Assembly (NCBI GenBank): GCA_037447605.1
Contig: CM074811.1
Location: 682,001 to 746,000, forward strand
From: Zygnema circumcarinatum SAG 698-1b
Lineage: Eukaryota > Plantae > Zygnematophyceae
Reading direction: 5' to 3'
Length of the DNA: 64,000 nt
The number at the start of each line of letters is the position of its first letter. Position 1 is the first letter of the stretch. Shown piece by piece: positions 25,503 to 37,433 of the stretch. The notes below the pieces were generated by a model, which was not told the DNA's origin, made no database searches, and was given only the letters and a program-made list of their open reading frames with translations. Both the position numbers and the translations under genes were made by a program.

Positions 25503-25812
25503 TTATTGTTTGTCTTTTAATGTCGAATATTTGGCACTAACTGTGCCCTCCCCGCGTTTGGCGGCAGACGCCTGGCCGGGAAACGGTGTCGTTTTGCGTC
25601 AGACTTTTGGCATATACCGTACGGCCACGTCATGCCGCCCAAGCTGGCAGTTGTCGGACAAGTGGCAGCCTCTACTGGACCTTGTCAGACTTCGATGTCG
25701 TCAATGCTACTGGAGAATAATTATACTTCAAATCAGATATCCGAATGAGTACCCTCAAACAAGTCTATCTAGAGTAAACACAACATTTATTTTTAGTCTG
25801 AACATAAAAATT

Positions 25813-26751
25813 GGGTAGTGATATTTCCACCCCTTTTTTGGATCCAAACACCCCTTCCCGGCCGGGCAGATTTCAAAAAGGATTAAAAACGGAAAATGCT
25901 TTTTTCACACCTTTTTGGAATCGATACCCACCCTCCATCGGCAGATTGTATTTTTGCGAAACAAGGAAAATTATAACCCTTCACTCCATTTGAACATCCC
26001 GCCTACCTGAATTTTTTTTCACGCGTGCGGTCAATCGCAGCCGTCGATTCCCTCGCAGATCGCAACGAGGCAGATCACTATTTCATCTGCAGCCGGGCTC
26101 GGTCACAGCGAATGGCACGGGCCCACATATCCCGCCAAAGTCGTCTCAAAAATTTGTCCGTACAAATATCGTACGGTCGTACCAAAAATTTTGTACATTG
26201 AGAGTTTGGACCAATCAAAATTTTCCACGTCAAAAATTTAACACGTGGCAAATGTTGATTGGCTGGGAGCTGACAATAGAACAAGATCTCGGGCCGAGGT
26301 ACGCGCGCACTCGCAAGTGCGATCCGGCTTTGACGGGACTCGTGGGCGCTTTCCATTCGCTGAGATCAAGGCCGGCTGCAGATCGAACGGTGATCTGCAG
26401 TGGTGCGATCTGCGAGGGAATCGACAGCTGCGATTGACACACACGTGTGAAAGACGGACACCCGCGAACGATCTCGTGGCGGACGGATCTTCCGCTCCGA
26501 GCGGATTCGGGCAGGCAGATATTTCTTTCCCTCAAAAAAAAAATTCAGGTAGGCGGGATACAGTATTCAAAATGCGGTGACGGGGTATCATTTTCCTTGG
26601 TTAGCAAAAATAAATTCAGCCGACGGAAGAAGGTGGGTATCGATTCCAAAAAGGTGTGAAAAAAGCATTTTCCTTTTTTAATCCCTTTTGAAATCTGCCC
26701 GGCCGGGAAAGGGTGTTTGGATCCAAAAAAGGGGTGGAAATATCACTACCC
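25813..26751. mobile_element. Foldback/MITE family A, copy 2 (939 bp; same orientation as copy 1)
   Basis: Same TIRs and internal sequence with scattered substitutions. Exact 8-bp TSD TAAAAATT at 25805-25812 and 26752-26759. Confidence 0.92.
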
Positions 26752-27474
26752 TAAAAATTTGGCACAATTTTTTTGCAAATTTGACATTTCTTATTGGCTA
26801 AACATATTTTCAGTGGTTGAACCGACTAGCACAGGTCTACAATAGAGTTGATCCGTTTGTCGTTTTCAGGATATGAGTTGATCCGATCCGATTGGATCCG
26901 TCCGAGTCGGCGCTTCCACAGATGATCCCTCCGCCGCTGTCCCATTCGCAAATTGGCGGCGGCCAGCAGCCAATCAGCGTTGAACCGTAATCTCGGGGAG
27001 GCAGGAGAGACTGCAACGTGTCCGCACGTGTCCTCCAATCCACGCTGGCCGCAGGAGGCCACTCCCGACAAATTGAGACCAGCGCGGGAGGCAACTGGAC
27101 AAGTCTCTAATTTGTCGGCTCTGGCGAATTTGTCGTATTGGCGATTATTCCGTTATTGCCGATCCGTAAGAAGCGGCAAAATCGAATATTTTCACATGGA
27201 ACTGTCGTGTTGCCGCCTATAATTTTCGACATAGATCCTCAAATTTTAGCTGTACGTGTAGCGCTCTGATTGGTTCAAGCTACGGGAAACACCCACGCAA
27301 GTGTGCATGGATATGGTGGCCAGTTTCTTGCTGCGACGCCGGTGGGCGTAGGGAGGAGGCGGATGGAGGCAGCGGCGAGCTGAAGGAGAGATCACCCTCC
27401 GGCGGTGAGTGGCGAGAAAGGAAGGGATCGGGCGGGGGGAGAGCTGGAGGTTTGTGGCGGCCCAAGGTCATTCT

Positions 27475-27539
<65 letters not shown>

Positions 27540-27649
27540 CCTCTTTCGCTGGCTGTGGGAGGAATTCTGTATGCTGTGCTGCAGGCAGGGAGAAGGGAAG
27601 GGAATGAGAATAGATATTAAGGGTGGGGTGGGGGGGGAGGGGGGGGAAT

Positions 27650-30600
27650 GGGGGGGGAGGTCAGAATGCAAGGGGCGGGGATGGGATGTGAGGGTAGACT
27701 GTCGTGAGTGGTGTTAGAGCGAGGGACGGGAGGGAGCGAATACAGGAGATGAACAAAGCCCTGTGGCAATAGGAGGAGGGACATGTTTTGGGAGAATGTG
27801 GGTAAAGAGAGCTTACGGAATGTATGGTGAGGAAGAGAGGAAGAAGGTACGGAGAGTAAACGAGTACTGTGAGAGTGAGAGAGGGGAGGGAAAAAAAACT
27901 AGAGGAGAGAAAAGACAGACGAAGGGAAAGGGCTAAACGAACAGAGGGTGATCGAAAAACAGAGAGAGCAGAAAGCGAGGACAGGAGACAGTCGGTAAGG
28001 AAGAGGGGAAAGATTAGTTGGGCAAGGGAGTTGTGGGAAGGAAGCTGACAATGGCGGGAGGGGGGGAGGTTGACACTAGTGGGGAGAAAAGGCGGAGAGC
28101 AAGGGTAGTAAACGGATACGGTTGGTGGATTAGGACGGAGGGTGGGACGTTGAGGACAAGATAAGAGGGAGGGAAGGACGGGGGAGAGAGAGCAGGAAGA
28201 GTGGGAAAGGGAGGGAGCAGAAGGCCAGGAAGAGAGGTGGCCGGTGGGTAATGGACTAAGGACGGGGCTGCGCAGATCTTGAAGGAGGGAGTAGCGAGGC
28301 AATGGTGGGAGGGGGGAGGGCAAAGGGAAGGAGGGAGTAGTGAGTGAGTGTAAGGGGATAGGAAACTGGGGGAGTGGGGGGGCGGAGTGAAAGAAAGAGG
28401 GAAAAGCGGGCATGGCTGAGGGAAGAGGGGAGAGGAATGGGGAGAGGAATTGGCGGGAGAGGGGAGAGGGAACAGGGGAGACGGGAAGCGAAGGGAAATG
28501 AAAGATAGCGAAGGGTGTGCTGAAGTACATGTTTGCAGGTCAGGTGCATTGGCTATGGATGTGCCACGTGGCAGGGCTGCTGTTCAAAGGGAAATAAGTT
28601 TTTTAGGTGGTGAGGGGTTCCTCTGTATCATGGCTGCCATTTTTTAGCGAAGGATCTAGAGAAATGGGAAAGAGGGAAAGAAGGGGGGAGATACCGACGC
28701 AAAGTTTGGCTCGAATTGCGGTCTACACGGTCTTAAGTTTTTTGCAATAACAAGTGAAGAGAGATGCTAAAGCTTTTGCTAACATGGTGAATAGTCAACT
28801 TTATGCCTACAGGGTGGTGAGAGCAGCGGACGCTGAAGCGTAGAACTTGCGTGCACAAGACGACAACATACACACAAGTGCTGCAGAAGGAGGAGAGGTA
28901 ACGGAAAGGACTAGTGAAGGAGACAGCGAGAGCGAGAGAGAGAGAGTGAGAGAGAGAGAGAGAGACATGAGAGCGGAGTTGGAAGCGCAGTCGGTTTCTG
29001 TGCAAACCTTCAATGGTGGGCATGTCTCCTCAATGGGAAAAGGTATTCCCGGCCGAGGAGGGCAGTGTGAGGAGTTCTTAAAAGGGAATCCACGGCGGAT
29101 GAGGAGGTGGCGGGGAGGGTGCGGAGAGGAAGGGCCGCAGAGGGGCGGGCGGGAGAGAGATGGGGCCGACCTGCAGTTGGAGAGGCGAATTAAGCAGCAG
29201 GAGGCGGCGCTGCAGGCGGCGCATGGGGACATGGAGAGGCTGCTCGGAGAGGCTAGGAAGAGAGGGTGGGGGGGGGGAATTCTNNNNNNNNNNGGGGGGG
29301 GGGGAGGTCAGAATGCAAGGGGCGGGGATGGGATGTGAGGGTAGACTGTCGTGAGTGGTGTTAGAGCGAGGGACGGGAGGGAGCGAATACAGGAGATGAA
29401 CAAAGCCCTGTGGCAATAGGAGGAGGGACATGTTTTGGGAGAATGTGGGTAAAGAGAGCTTACGGAATGTATGGTGAGGAAGAGAGGAAGAAGGTACGGA
29501 GAGTAAACGAGTACTGTGAGAGTGAGAGAGGGGAGGGAAAAAAAACTAGAGGAGAGAAAAGACAGACGAAGGGAAAGGGCTAAACGAACAGAGGGTGATC
29601 GAAAAACAGAGAGAGCAGAAAGCGAGGACAGGAGACAGTCGGTAAGGAAGAGGGGAAAGATTAGTTGGGCAAGGGAGTTGTGGGAAGGAAGCTGACAATG
29701 GCGGGAGGGGGGGAGGTTGACACTAGTGGGGAGAAAAGGCGGAGAGCAAGGGTAGTAAACGGATACGGTTGGTGGATTAGGACGGAGGGTGGGACGTTGA
29801 GGACAAGATAAGAGGGAGGGAAGGACGGGGGAGAGAGAGCAGGAAGAGTGGGAAAGGGAGGGAGCAGAAGGCCAGGAAGAGAGGTGGCCGGTGGGTAATG
29901 GACTAAGGACGGGGCTGCGCAGATCTTGAAGGAGGGAGTAGCGAGGCAATGGTGGGAGGGGGGAGGGCAAAGGGAAGGAGGGAGTAGTGAGTGAGTGTAA
30001 GGGGATAGGAAACTGGGGGAGTGGGGGGGCGGAGTGAAAGAAAGAGGGAAAAGCGGGCATGGCTGAGGGAAGAGGGGAGAGGAATGGGGAGAGGAATTGG
30101 CGGGAGAGGGGAGAGGGAACAGGGGAGACGGGAAGCGAAGGGAAATGAAAGATAGCGAAGGGTGTGCTGAAGTACATGTTTGCAGGTCAGGTGCATTGGC
30201 TATGGATGTGCCACGTGGCAGGGCTGCTGTTCAAAGGGAAATAAGTTTTTTAGGTGGTGAGGGGTTCCTCTGTATCATGGCTGCCATTTTTTAGCGAAGG
30301 ATCTAGAGAAATGGGAAAGAGGGAAAGAAGGGGGGAGATACCGACGCAAAGTTTGGCTCGAATTGCGGTCTACACGGTCTTAAGTTTTTTGCAATAACAA
30401 GTGAAGAGAGATGCTAAAGCTTTTGCTAACATGGTGAATAGTCAACTTTATGCCTACAGGGTGGTGAGAGCAGCGGACGCTGAAGCGTAGAACTTGCGTG
30501 CACAAGACGACAACATACACACAAGTGCTGCAGAAGGAGGAGAGGTAACGGAAAGGACTAGTGAAGGAGACAGCGAGAGCGAGAGAGAGAGAGTGAGAGA

Positions 30601-30930
30601 GAGAGAGAGAGACATGAGAGCGGAGTTGGAAGCGCAGTCGGTTTCTGTGCAAACCTTCAATGGTGGGCATGTCTCCTCAATGGGAAAAGGTATTCCCGGC
30701 CGAGGAGGGCAGTGTGAGGAGTTCTTAAAAGGGAATCCACGGCGGATGAGGAGGTGGCGGGGAGGGTGCGGAGAGGAAGGGCCGCAGAGGGGCGGGCGGG
30801 AGAGAGATGGGGCCGACCTGCAGTTGGAGAGGCGAATTAAGCAGCAGGAGGCGGCGCTGCAGGCGGCGCATGGGGACATGGAGAGGCTGCTCGGAGAGGC
30901 TAGGAAGAGAGGGTGGGGGGGGGGAATTCT
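27650..30930. repeat. Apparently identical 1.63-kb tandem duplication (27650-29283 and 29297-30930) across a 10-N gap; probable assembly artefact
   Basis: Offset is exactly 1647 bp and the ORF-track translations are identical in both copies. Both junctions fall at poly-G runs, with the N-gap (29284-29293) between the copies. Confidence 0.9.
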
Positions 30931-31498
30931 GGGAATGGGACAAGGAGGGGTGAGGCTGCTTGCGAAGGACGAGCTTGTTTCTGGGGGGGAACATAAGGAG
31001 GGAGAGGGTTTGGGGCAGCTATGGGCGAGTGGGCATGTGGGCCCTGCAGATAGGGTCACTACATCCCCTACTTCATCTAAAAGCGTTTACGATCATGAGG
31101 TTATGCATGAGGCCGGTCATTTTGGACCTTCTTATGGGCGCCCGTTGCATCCTCGAGGAAGCTCTGAACACTTCCAGTCTCGGTCACTGATCGACATTGA
31201 GGCAGAAGAAGGCGGGGAGACGCGGGCAGAAGGCGTGTCGAGGACTCAGTCCGAATCAGAATGCGATGAGGAAGGGGGCTTGGAAAGGAGGGAACGAGAT
31301 GTCGACGGCGAGCTCAGAGGTGAAGATGGAGGTAGTAGCAAAGGACCAATGAAAAGCTTGAGATTTAGCGGACAGGTCTTCTTAGGACGAGCAAAAACCC
31401 AAAACCTTATAGACGGGAGGAATACCAATAAGCGCGCATTGCCGCCTGCAGATGATGATGAGCACGAAGGTGCGCATAGCATAGAATTTTTAGACTAG
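30614..31498 (+). CDS. Uncharacterised intronless protein P1 (294 aa), paralogue of 35651-36397
   Basis: ATG at 30614 with an upstream in-frame stop; 885-nt ORF. It shares motifs with the ORF at 35651 (PxRMRRWRGG; ERRxxxxEAALxAA...LLxEAxxRG; KRAL). A truncated copy starts at 28967 in the duplicated segment. Confidence 0.6.
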   Translation: MRAELEAQSVSVQTFNGGHVSSMGKGIPGRGGQCEEFLKGNPRRMRRWRGGCGEEGPQRGGRERDGADLQLERRIKQQEAALQAAHGDMERLLGEARKRGWGGGILGMGQGGVRLLAKDELVSGGEHKEGEGLGQLWASGHVGPADRVTTSPTSSKSVYDHEVMHEAGHFGPSYGRPLHPRGSSEHFQSRSLIDIEAEEGGETRAEGVSRTQSESECDEEGGLERRERDVDGELRGEDGGSSKGPMKSLRFSGQVFLGRAKTQNLIDGRNTNKRALPPADDDEHEGAHSIEFLD

Positions 31499-32088
31499 CG
31501 GGGTTGTTGTACAAAGTTCCAGTTGTATTCATGCATTCATGTGTTCTAGAAGCGCAGCGCTAAAAAAAATCATCCTCGAATTCGAGCTCTCCTCGCATAC
31601 TACCTCAGTGCTGCTCCGTATTTGCATGTCTGCGCCGTTACGTGACCGCTCTTGCACGGAACTACAACAAAGCCGCAGGTCGCGGTCTCCATGTGTACGC
31701 CGTTGTAAAATTTGGATTCGAACGTGAATTCGCAGCTGCGGTTCACATGGAGTCAACGGGTTCCCGAGTCTCGTCTCAACCGATATTTTGTCGCTTTGTC
31801 GGACCAGATCAGATCGGATCGGTCTCGTTTGACGACGACGTGGCAAAAGATAAGAAAAAATTGCGGTTTAATTTGCTGACGCGACAAAAGTAGAAATTCC
31901 GTACGCTTTCCGCGATTTAGGGGACCCGCCATCCTCGTGCAACCGTCCAAACCAGCGGCCGTACAGTTTCTACCGTACAGTGGCTGCCGTAGCGTACAGC
32001 CCACGGGGCGCCAATGACCGTATGATTGACACCTCAGCGGCAATCGTACGGCACCGATACGCCGTGTGTGCCTTTTATATTATTTTTT

Positions 32089-33032
32089 GGGTAGTTTTAT
32101 TTCCACCCCTTTTTTGGATCCAAACACCCCTTCCCGGCCGGGCAGATTTCAAAAGGCATTAAAAACGGAAAATGCTTTTATCACACCTTTTTGGAATCGA
32201 TACCCACCTTCTTCCGTCGGTTGATTTTATTTTTGCTAACCAAGGAAAATGATACCCCGTCACCGCATTTTGAATACTGTATCGCGCCTCCCTGAATTTT
32301 TTTTTTGATGGAAAGAAATATCTGCCTGCCCGAATCCGCTTGGAGCGGAAGATCCGTCCGCCACGAGATCGTTCGCGGGTGTCCGTCCTTCACACGTGTG
32401 TGTCAATCGCAGCTGTCGATTCCCTCGCAGATCGCACCACTGCAGATCACCGTTCGATCTGCAGCCCGGCTCGATCTTAGCGAATGGAAAGCGCCCACGA
32501 GTCTCGTTCAAAGCCGAATCGCACGAGCGAGTGCGCGCGTCCCTCGGCCCAAGATCTCGTCATTGTTAGCTCCCACCAATCAACATCTGCCACGTGTTAC
32601 ATTTTTTGACGTGGAAATATTTGATTGGTCCAAGCTCTCAATGTACAAAATTTTGGGTTTCTCAAGTTGCGACCGTACATCCTTTGGACGGACAAACGTT
32701 TGAGACGACTTTGGCGGGATACGTGGGCACGTGCCATTCGCTGTGACCGAGCCCGTCTGCAGATCAAATATTTATCTGCCGTGTTGCGATCTGCGAGGGA
32801 CGGCTGCGATTGACCGCACGCGTGAAAGAAAATTCAGGTATGCGGGATATTCAAAATGGGGTGACGGGTTATCATTTTCCTTGTTTCGCAAAAATAAAAT
32901 CTGCCGATGGAGAGTGGGTATCGATTCCAAAAAGGTGTGAAAAAAGCATTTTCTGTTTTTAATCCTTTTTGAAATCTGCCCGGCCGGGAAGGGGTGTTTG
33001 GATCCAAAAAAGGGGTGGAAATATCACTACCC
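32089..33032. mobile_element. Foldback/MITE family A, copy 3 (944 bp; inverted relative to copies 1 and 2)
   Basis: Same TIRs, with a small change in the left TIR (GGGTAGTTTTATTT). Arm order is reversed. TSD TATTTTTT/TATTTTTC (7 of 8 match). Confidence 0.9.
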
Positions 33033-33759
33033 TATTTTTCTTTTGGTTTTTTCCGGAAAAAAGAGGAATTCGTTATTTACGCACCTTTTGAGCTAGATAC
33101 ACACTTTTTTAAAACCCTGAAATAAGATCTGATCTGAGGAAAAAGGTGTGCATCTATCCAAAAAAGGTGTGTAGCTTGACCCTATGAAAAAGTATGGAGG
33201 CAATGATGGCTTCCAGCGAACGTCACGACACGTTACGAGTTGACCGAAATCGTTTAACCCACCGATATTTTGGCGCTTTCGTTGACGACATCAGATCAGA
33301 TTTCTATACGGCCCAGATCCTCCCCGGTCCTCCCTCCCTTTGTAACCGCCGCCGCGGCTTTTGGCCTTCCCCTCGCGGGGGGTGCCCCTTCGAGGAGGGA
33401 AGGGCCGGGCCCTACAAGTCCCTAAAACCCTATAGTTCATTAAGACCCTAACCCTCGAAAACCTTTAACCCTAAAGCCCATTTCCGGGCTTATCCAGTTC
33501 AAGCCCTCCCCAGAAAACAAATTCCTGTGACCCTATATAACAAGTGCCGTACAGCGGTCCGTCCGCTGGCACACGTGGCGCCTGAGGGCCGTGCCACGAG
33601 GGGATGGTCTTTTGGTACAGTACGAATTTTTTGGAGCCAAAATAGTACGGTACCAGCTACGACACGTGTTCTTGTCTTCATTCGGAGGAATTCAGCTATG
33701 CTTGTCGCTTCTGCTCGCAACTGTTTTAATCATTAGCTGGTGGTTTTGATTTATCTTTT

Positions 33760-34560
33760 GGCAACGACTATTTACAGTGTCTTTGTTCTGAATTTAGTGT
33801 ACTTTTTCGCCGGGCAGCTTGTACAAAGGATTTTTTTTTGCGAAAATTGCTGTTTCATACTTTTCAGAATAGATACAGACCTTCTTTCGTCGGATGTACG
33901 GATGGTGATTTGAATGTACAGTACGAAGCGCGCGCGTCTACAAGGTATAAGGGCGCAAGACGCGGAGCGACATGATTGGTCGCGGCAACATATGACGTGA
34001 CAAGTATGACGAATTAAAACTGACAGACTTTAAAAACCAATTTTGGGGTTTTTGAGTGTCTATAAGGAGACTTTTTGATATACAGAAAATCCCCAGCCAC
34101 ACCATGGCTAGGGTACGCTTCAAGAAAATTCTGTCTTTTCAAATGTCCAACATCCTGTTCACTTCATTCAGAAATCAGCTCCACCATTGCCTTAAGGGCA
34201 CTGCGGCCCTTTAACTCTTCCGAACAACTCTTTGAACTGTACAAAGGAGGTGCGGCAGACGCACTCAAAAACCCTAAAATTGGTTTTTAAAGTCTGTAAG
34301 TTTTAATTCTTCATACTTGTCGCGTCATATGTTGCCGCGACCAATCATGTCGCTCCACGTGTTGCGCCCTTATACCTTGTAGTTGTAGACGCGCGCGCTT
34401 CGTACATTCAATTCACCTTCCGTACATCGGACGAAAAAAGGTCTGTATCTATTCTGAAAAATATGAAACAGCATTTTTCGCTAAAAAAATCCTTTGTACA
34501 AGCTGCCCGGTGAAAAAGTACACTACATTCAGAACAAAGACACTGTAAATAGTCGTTTCC
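33760..34560. mobile_element. Non-autonomous foldback element family B (801 bp, about 300-bp inverted arms)
   Basis: Left arm GGCAACGACTATTTACAGTGTCTTTGTTCTGAAT... (33760 to about 34070) is the reverse complement of the right arm (about 34262-34560, ending ...AAATAGTCGTTTCC). Exact 8-bp TSD TATCTTTT on both sides. Confidence 0.9.
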
Positions 34561-34877
34561 TATCTTTTTCGTTGACGACGATTTTGTAAGGTACGGCGGT
34601 CTTTATCTGCTCAGAAGTATCTGTTTTGAGAGAAACGGCCAAATGCTGCCAGTTGTATGGCAATTTTTTTCAGCCAATAACAGCCCTCCCACATGCTCGT
34701 ACAGTCGAGTTGACTTACTCCCATCCAATCTCCTTAATGGGCTATCACATGTGGGCCCCACGCACCTCAAAACGACAAACAACGTTACATCTACTTCAGC
34801 CACATGCGACAACCTCCAGATCACACCCGTAGCTCATCAGCTCTGTGAGCTATCATAGGACGTACGGTCAACCTATA

Positions 34878-35093
34878 CACGTGGCACCGTACAGCAACCG
34901 CGGGCGGCCTATACAGAACACGTCATCCAGGACGTGGCGCGGCTCCTCGGAGAGCGCAAAAATCGCTGCCACGTGGCTTGCTGACGTGGTGACGGGGAGT
35001 CAACGGCGCCACGTCGGCGCGGAGACCAGAATCGGCGGCGGCCGCTCGAGCCTCAATGCGGGGCAGGGGGGCGCCCAGGGCCAGCCTATAATA
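34878..35093 (+). promoter_or_regulatory. ABRE/G-box cluster and TATA box upstream of P2
   Basis: CACGTGGC 34878, GACGTGGC 34931, GCCACGTGGC 34968, TGACGTGG 34982, GCCACGTCGG 35008, then TATAATA 35087-35093 and a GA-rich leader. Confidence 0.55.
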
Positions 35094-35650
35094 TGGGAAG
35101 AGGGAGAGGTGGCGGAAGAGAGAGAGAGGGGGAGAGAGCGAGGGAGAGTGGGAGAGAGAGTGAGGGAGAGAGGGAGAGTGGGGAAGAGAGAGTGAGAGGG
35201 AGAGAGGGGGAGAGAGTGAGGGAGAGCGGGAGAGAGGAGAGAGAGGGAGACAGGGAGACAGGGGGAGAGAGAGAGGGAGAAAGGGGAAGAAAGAGGGAGA
35301 GGGAGAGAGGGAGAGAGGGAGAGAGGGAGAGAGGGAGAGAGGGAGAGAGGGAGAGAGGGAGAGAGGGAGAAGGAAGGAGGGAGAGGGAGAGAGGGAGAAG
35401 GAAGGTGGTAGAGGAGGAGGAAGGGTAGGCTGCCTTTGGGGGTCTTAAGAAAGGAAGCACAAGACTGAGGGGAGGGTCTGCGGGAGACAAGGTGGGAGGG
35501 AGGAGATAGGAGGGGATAAGAGGGGGTACTGTGAAGAGGAGGAGAAGCGGGAGAGAGAAGGGAGGCGAGGAGTGAGGGGTCAGAAGCGCGGGGGGGAAAC
35601 TTGGAGATAGAAGATACGACCGCTTGCAATCAGAAGAAGAGAGAGGCTCG

Positions 35651-36397
35651 ATGGAAGGTCTCGCTGGTCTTGAAACGCACGTGGGAGCTGAAAGCGCAGT
35701 TCTTGGAACAGAGGCTCAATGTCCCTTGGAACCACCGAAGCCATGGCGGATGCGGAGGTGGCGAGGAGGAGGAGGAGGGAGAGAGGCGGCACAGAGTGGC
35801 GAGCAGAGGGAGGCCTCGTCTCCCTCCTCCTCCTTCTCATCCTCCTCTCCCTCCTCCTTTATGGCCGCCTACGAGGAGAAGCAGACGGAGCGACGCATGC
35901 GGCGGATGGAGGCGGCGCTGAGCGCGGCGCGGAGAGGCCTGCAGAGCCTGCTCAGAGAGGCGGCGGAGAGGGGGGCTATGGGGGCGATGAGGGTCTGCTA
36001 CTATGCAGACTCGGACCAGCCCTGCTGCAAGGCGGAAGATGGGCCCAATGAGGAGCGCGGGAAGGAGGAAGAGGAGGAGGAGGAGGAGGAGGAGGAGTTT
36101 AAGGATGCAGAAGAAGCAGAGGACGATGTGGGCCTTTTAGTGAATAGTCGGCGAGCCTCCCCGCTAAGGGCGGTCTCCTACTCCTGCTCTTCTTCGGAGA
36201 GCCTCCCTTCACTGCACCCACCTGCGAATGAATCCGGTTCTCCGAGTGAGACATCCGAATGGCTGCCAGAGATCGTCAGAGAGAGCCCCAAGAAGCGGGC
36301 CTTGGTGGACCTGGATGAGGGAGAGCGAACGGAGACGGGTGGGAGAGGAGGAGGAGGAGGAGGAGGAGGAGAGGCGAAGAGAATCCGTGTCGGGTGA
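35651..36397 (+). CDS. Uncharacterised intronless protein P2 (248 aa), paralogue of 30614-31498
   Basis: 747-nt ORF downstream of a TATA box. It has shared motifs with P1, a poly-Glu tract and basic NLS-like segments (SPKKRAL, AKRIRVG). Confidence 0.62.
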   Translation: MEGLAGLETHVGAESAVLGTEAQCPLEPPKPWRMRRWRGGGGGREAAQSGEQREASSPSSSFSSSSPSSFMAAYEEKQTERRMRRMEAALSAARRGLQSLLREAAERGAMGAMRVCYYADSDQPCCKAEDGPNEERGKEEEEEEEEEEEFKDAEEAEDDVGLLVNSRRASPLRAVSYSCSSSESLPSLHPPANESGSPSETSEWLPEIVRESPKKRALVDLDEGERTETGGRGGGGGGGGEAKRIRVG

Positions 36398-37433
36398 CTG
36401 CTGCCCATAGACTGGTTAAGTCGTGACCTGTGGCCCTCACGGCGCATTCATCGAACTGAAAGCCAATGGTTGTGCCAACCATTGGTAGTCACGGGTGTTT
36501 GTATAGCTGTATGATTACTGGTTCTTATCGACTTCATTGCTGTTTGGCGGTGTACATTTGGTCGTCTGTGATAGGACCTTTTGATTATTTCGTTCATTTC
36601 GTTTATATGCGAGCACTGTACATGGCCGACTCAAAGGATAAAGCTGCTTAGGTATAGCTCAAAGTCGGTTCCTTCAAAGAGAGCTTTTAAGCGATACCCT
36701 TGTCTTTGTTAATCAGCATTACTTTTGGAACACGAATTTGTGATGTTGGAGGATATGTAATCAATCGGAAATGGAAACCTTTGATCTTGTAAAAATTTCT
36801 GAGCAGGCGAGAGTAGGTCTACTTGCTTTGGCCCAGCAAGCCCTCTGCCCATGAACTGCTTCTCCTTTGTTCTGAATCCTCCCCATGTAAAATCAAAAGA
36901 ATTCTTGGGCCCCCTCTCCCTCTCCCTCTCCCTTTCCCAGCCCTCTGTCAGCGATGCTGTGATGTATGTATGTATGTAAATGGCTGAGATCTCATTCACT
37001 GGAGGCCAGGCCAGCTGTGAAGGTTGCATAATAGCAATAGCAAAAGTAATAATATAATAGTAAAAAAGTAGCAACAATAGCGGTAATAGCAAACATTACT
37101 CATAGACTCACTCGAGCTCTGCCCCCCTGAACTAAAGCAGGAGGCCACCGGACGACTTTTCTCGCTGGCTCGGTGAACTATTTCGGTAGCCCAAAAGTCT
37201 CCAAAGGCCCAAAAAAATCACTCGTGGTTTCGATACCTGAACGTGATGACGTGTCGCACCGAACATCGTGCCGCACAGTGTCACGTGATATCCGTACGGT
37301 AACGGTGGCGGCCGCTATTCCACGTGGACGCCACGTATGCAACGTATGGTGCCACATTGGCACAGTCGATATATTGCGATATGTACATGTATCGAGGCCA
37401 TATGGCGATATGCCCGCGACGACGTCACTTGAG

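Noticed and set aside
24352-26659. ORFs inside family A elements (218, 156, 111 aa, etc.)
   Set aside because: No DDE/transposase motifs; frames differ between copies; these are non-coding MITE internals.
27661-30177. Long 289-aa minus-strand ORFs (27661-28530, 29308-30177) and other long Pro/Ser/Leu or Gly/Arg/Glu ORFs (e.g. 46647-47501, 52135-53169, 35000-35629)
   Set aside because: They are translations of stop-poor homopurine/homopyrimidine tracts in introns or leaders and have no domain content.
25813-33032. Composite transposon / Pack-MULE carrying P1 between family A copies 2 and 3
   Set aside because: Each copy has its own TSD and the outer flanks (TAAAAATT vs TATTTTTC) do not match, so these are independent insertions.
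36990-37030. Minus-strand LAWPPV resembling the Aux/IAA degron GWPPV
   Set aside because: It lacks the invariant Gly, and no PB1 domain or consistent exon chain was found.
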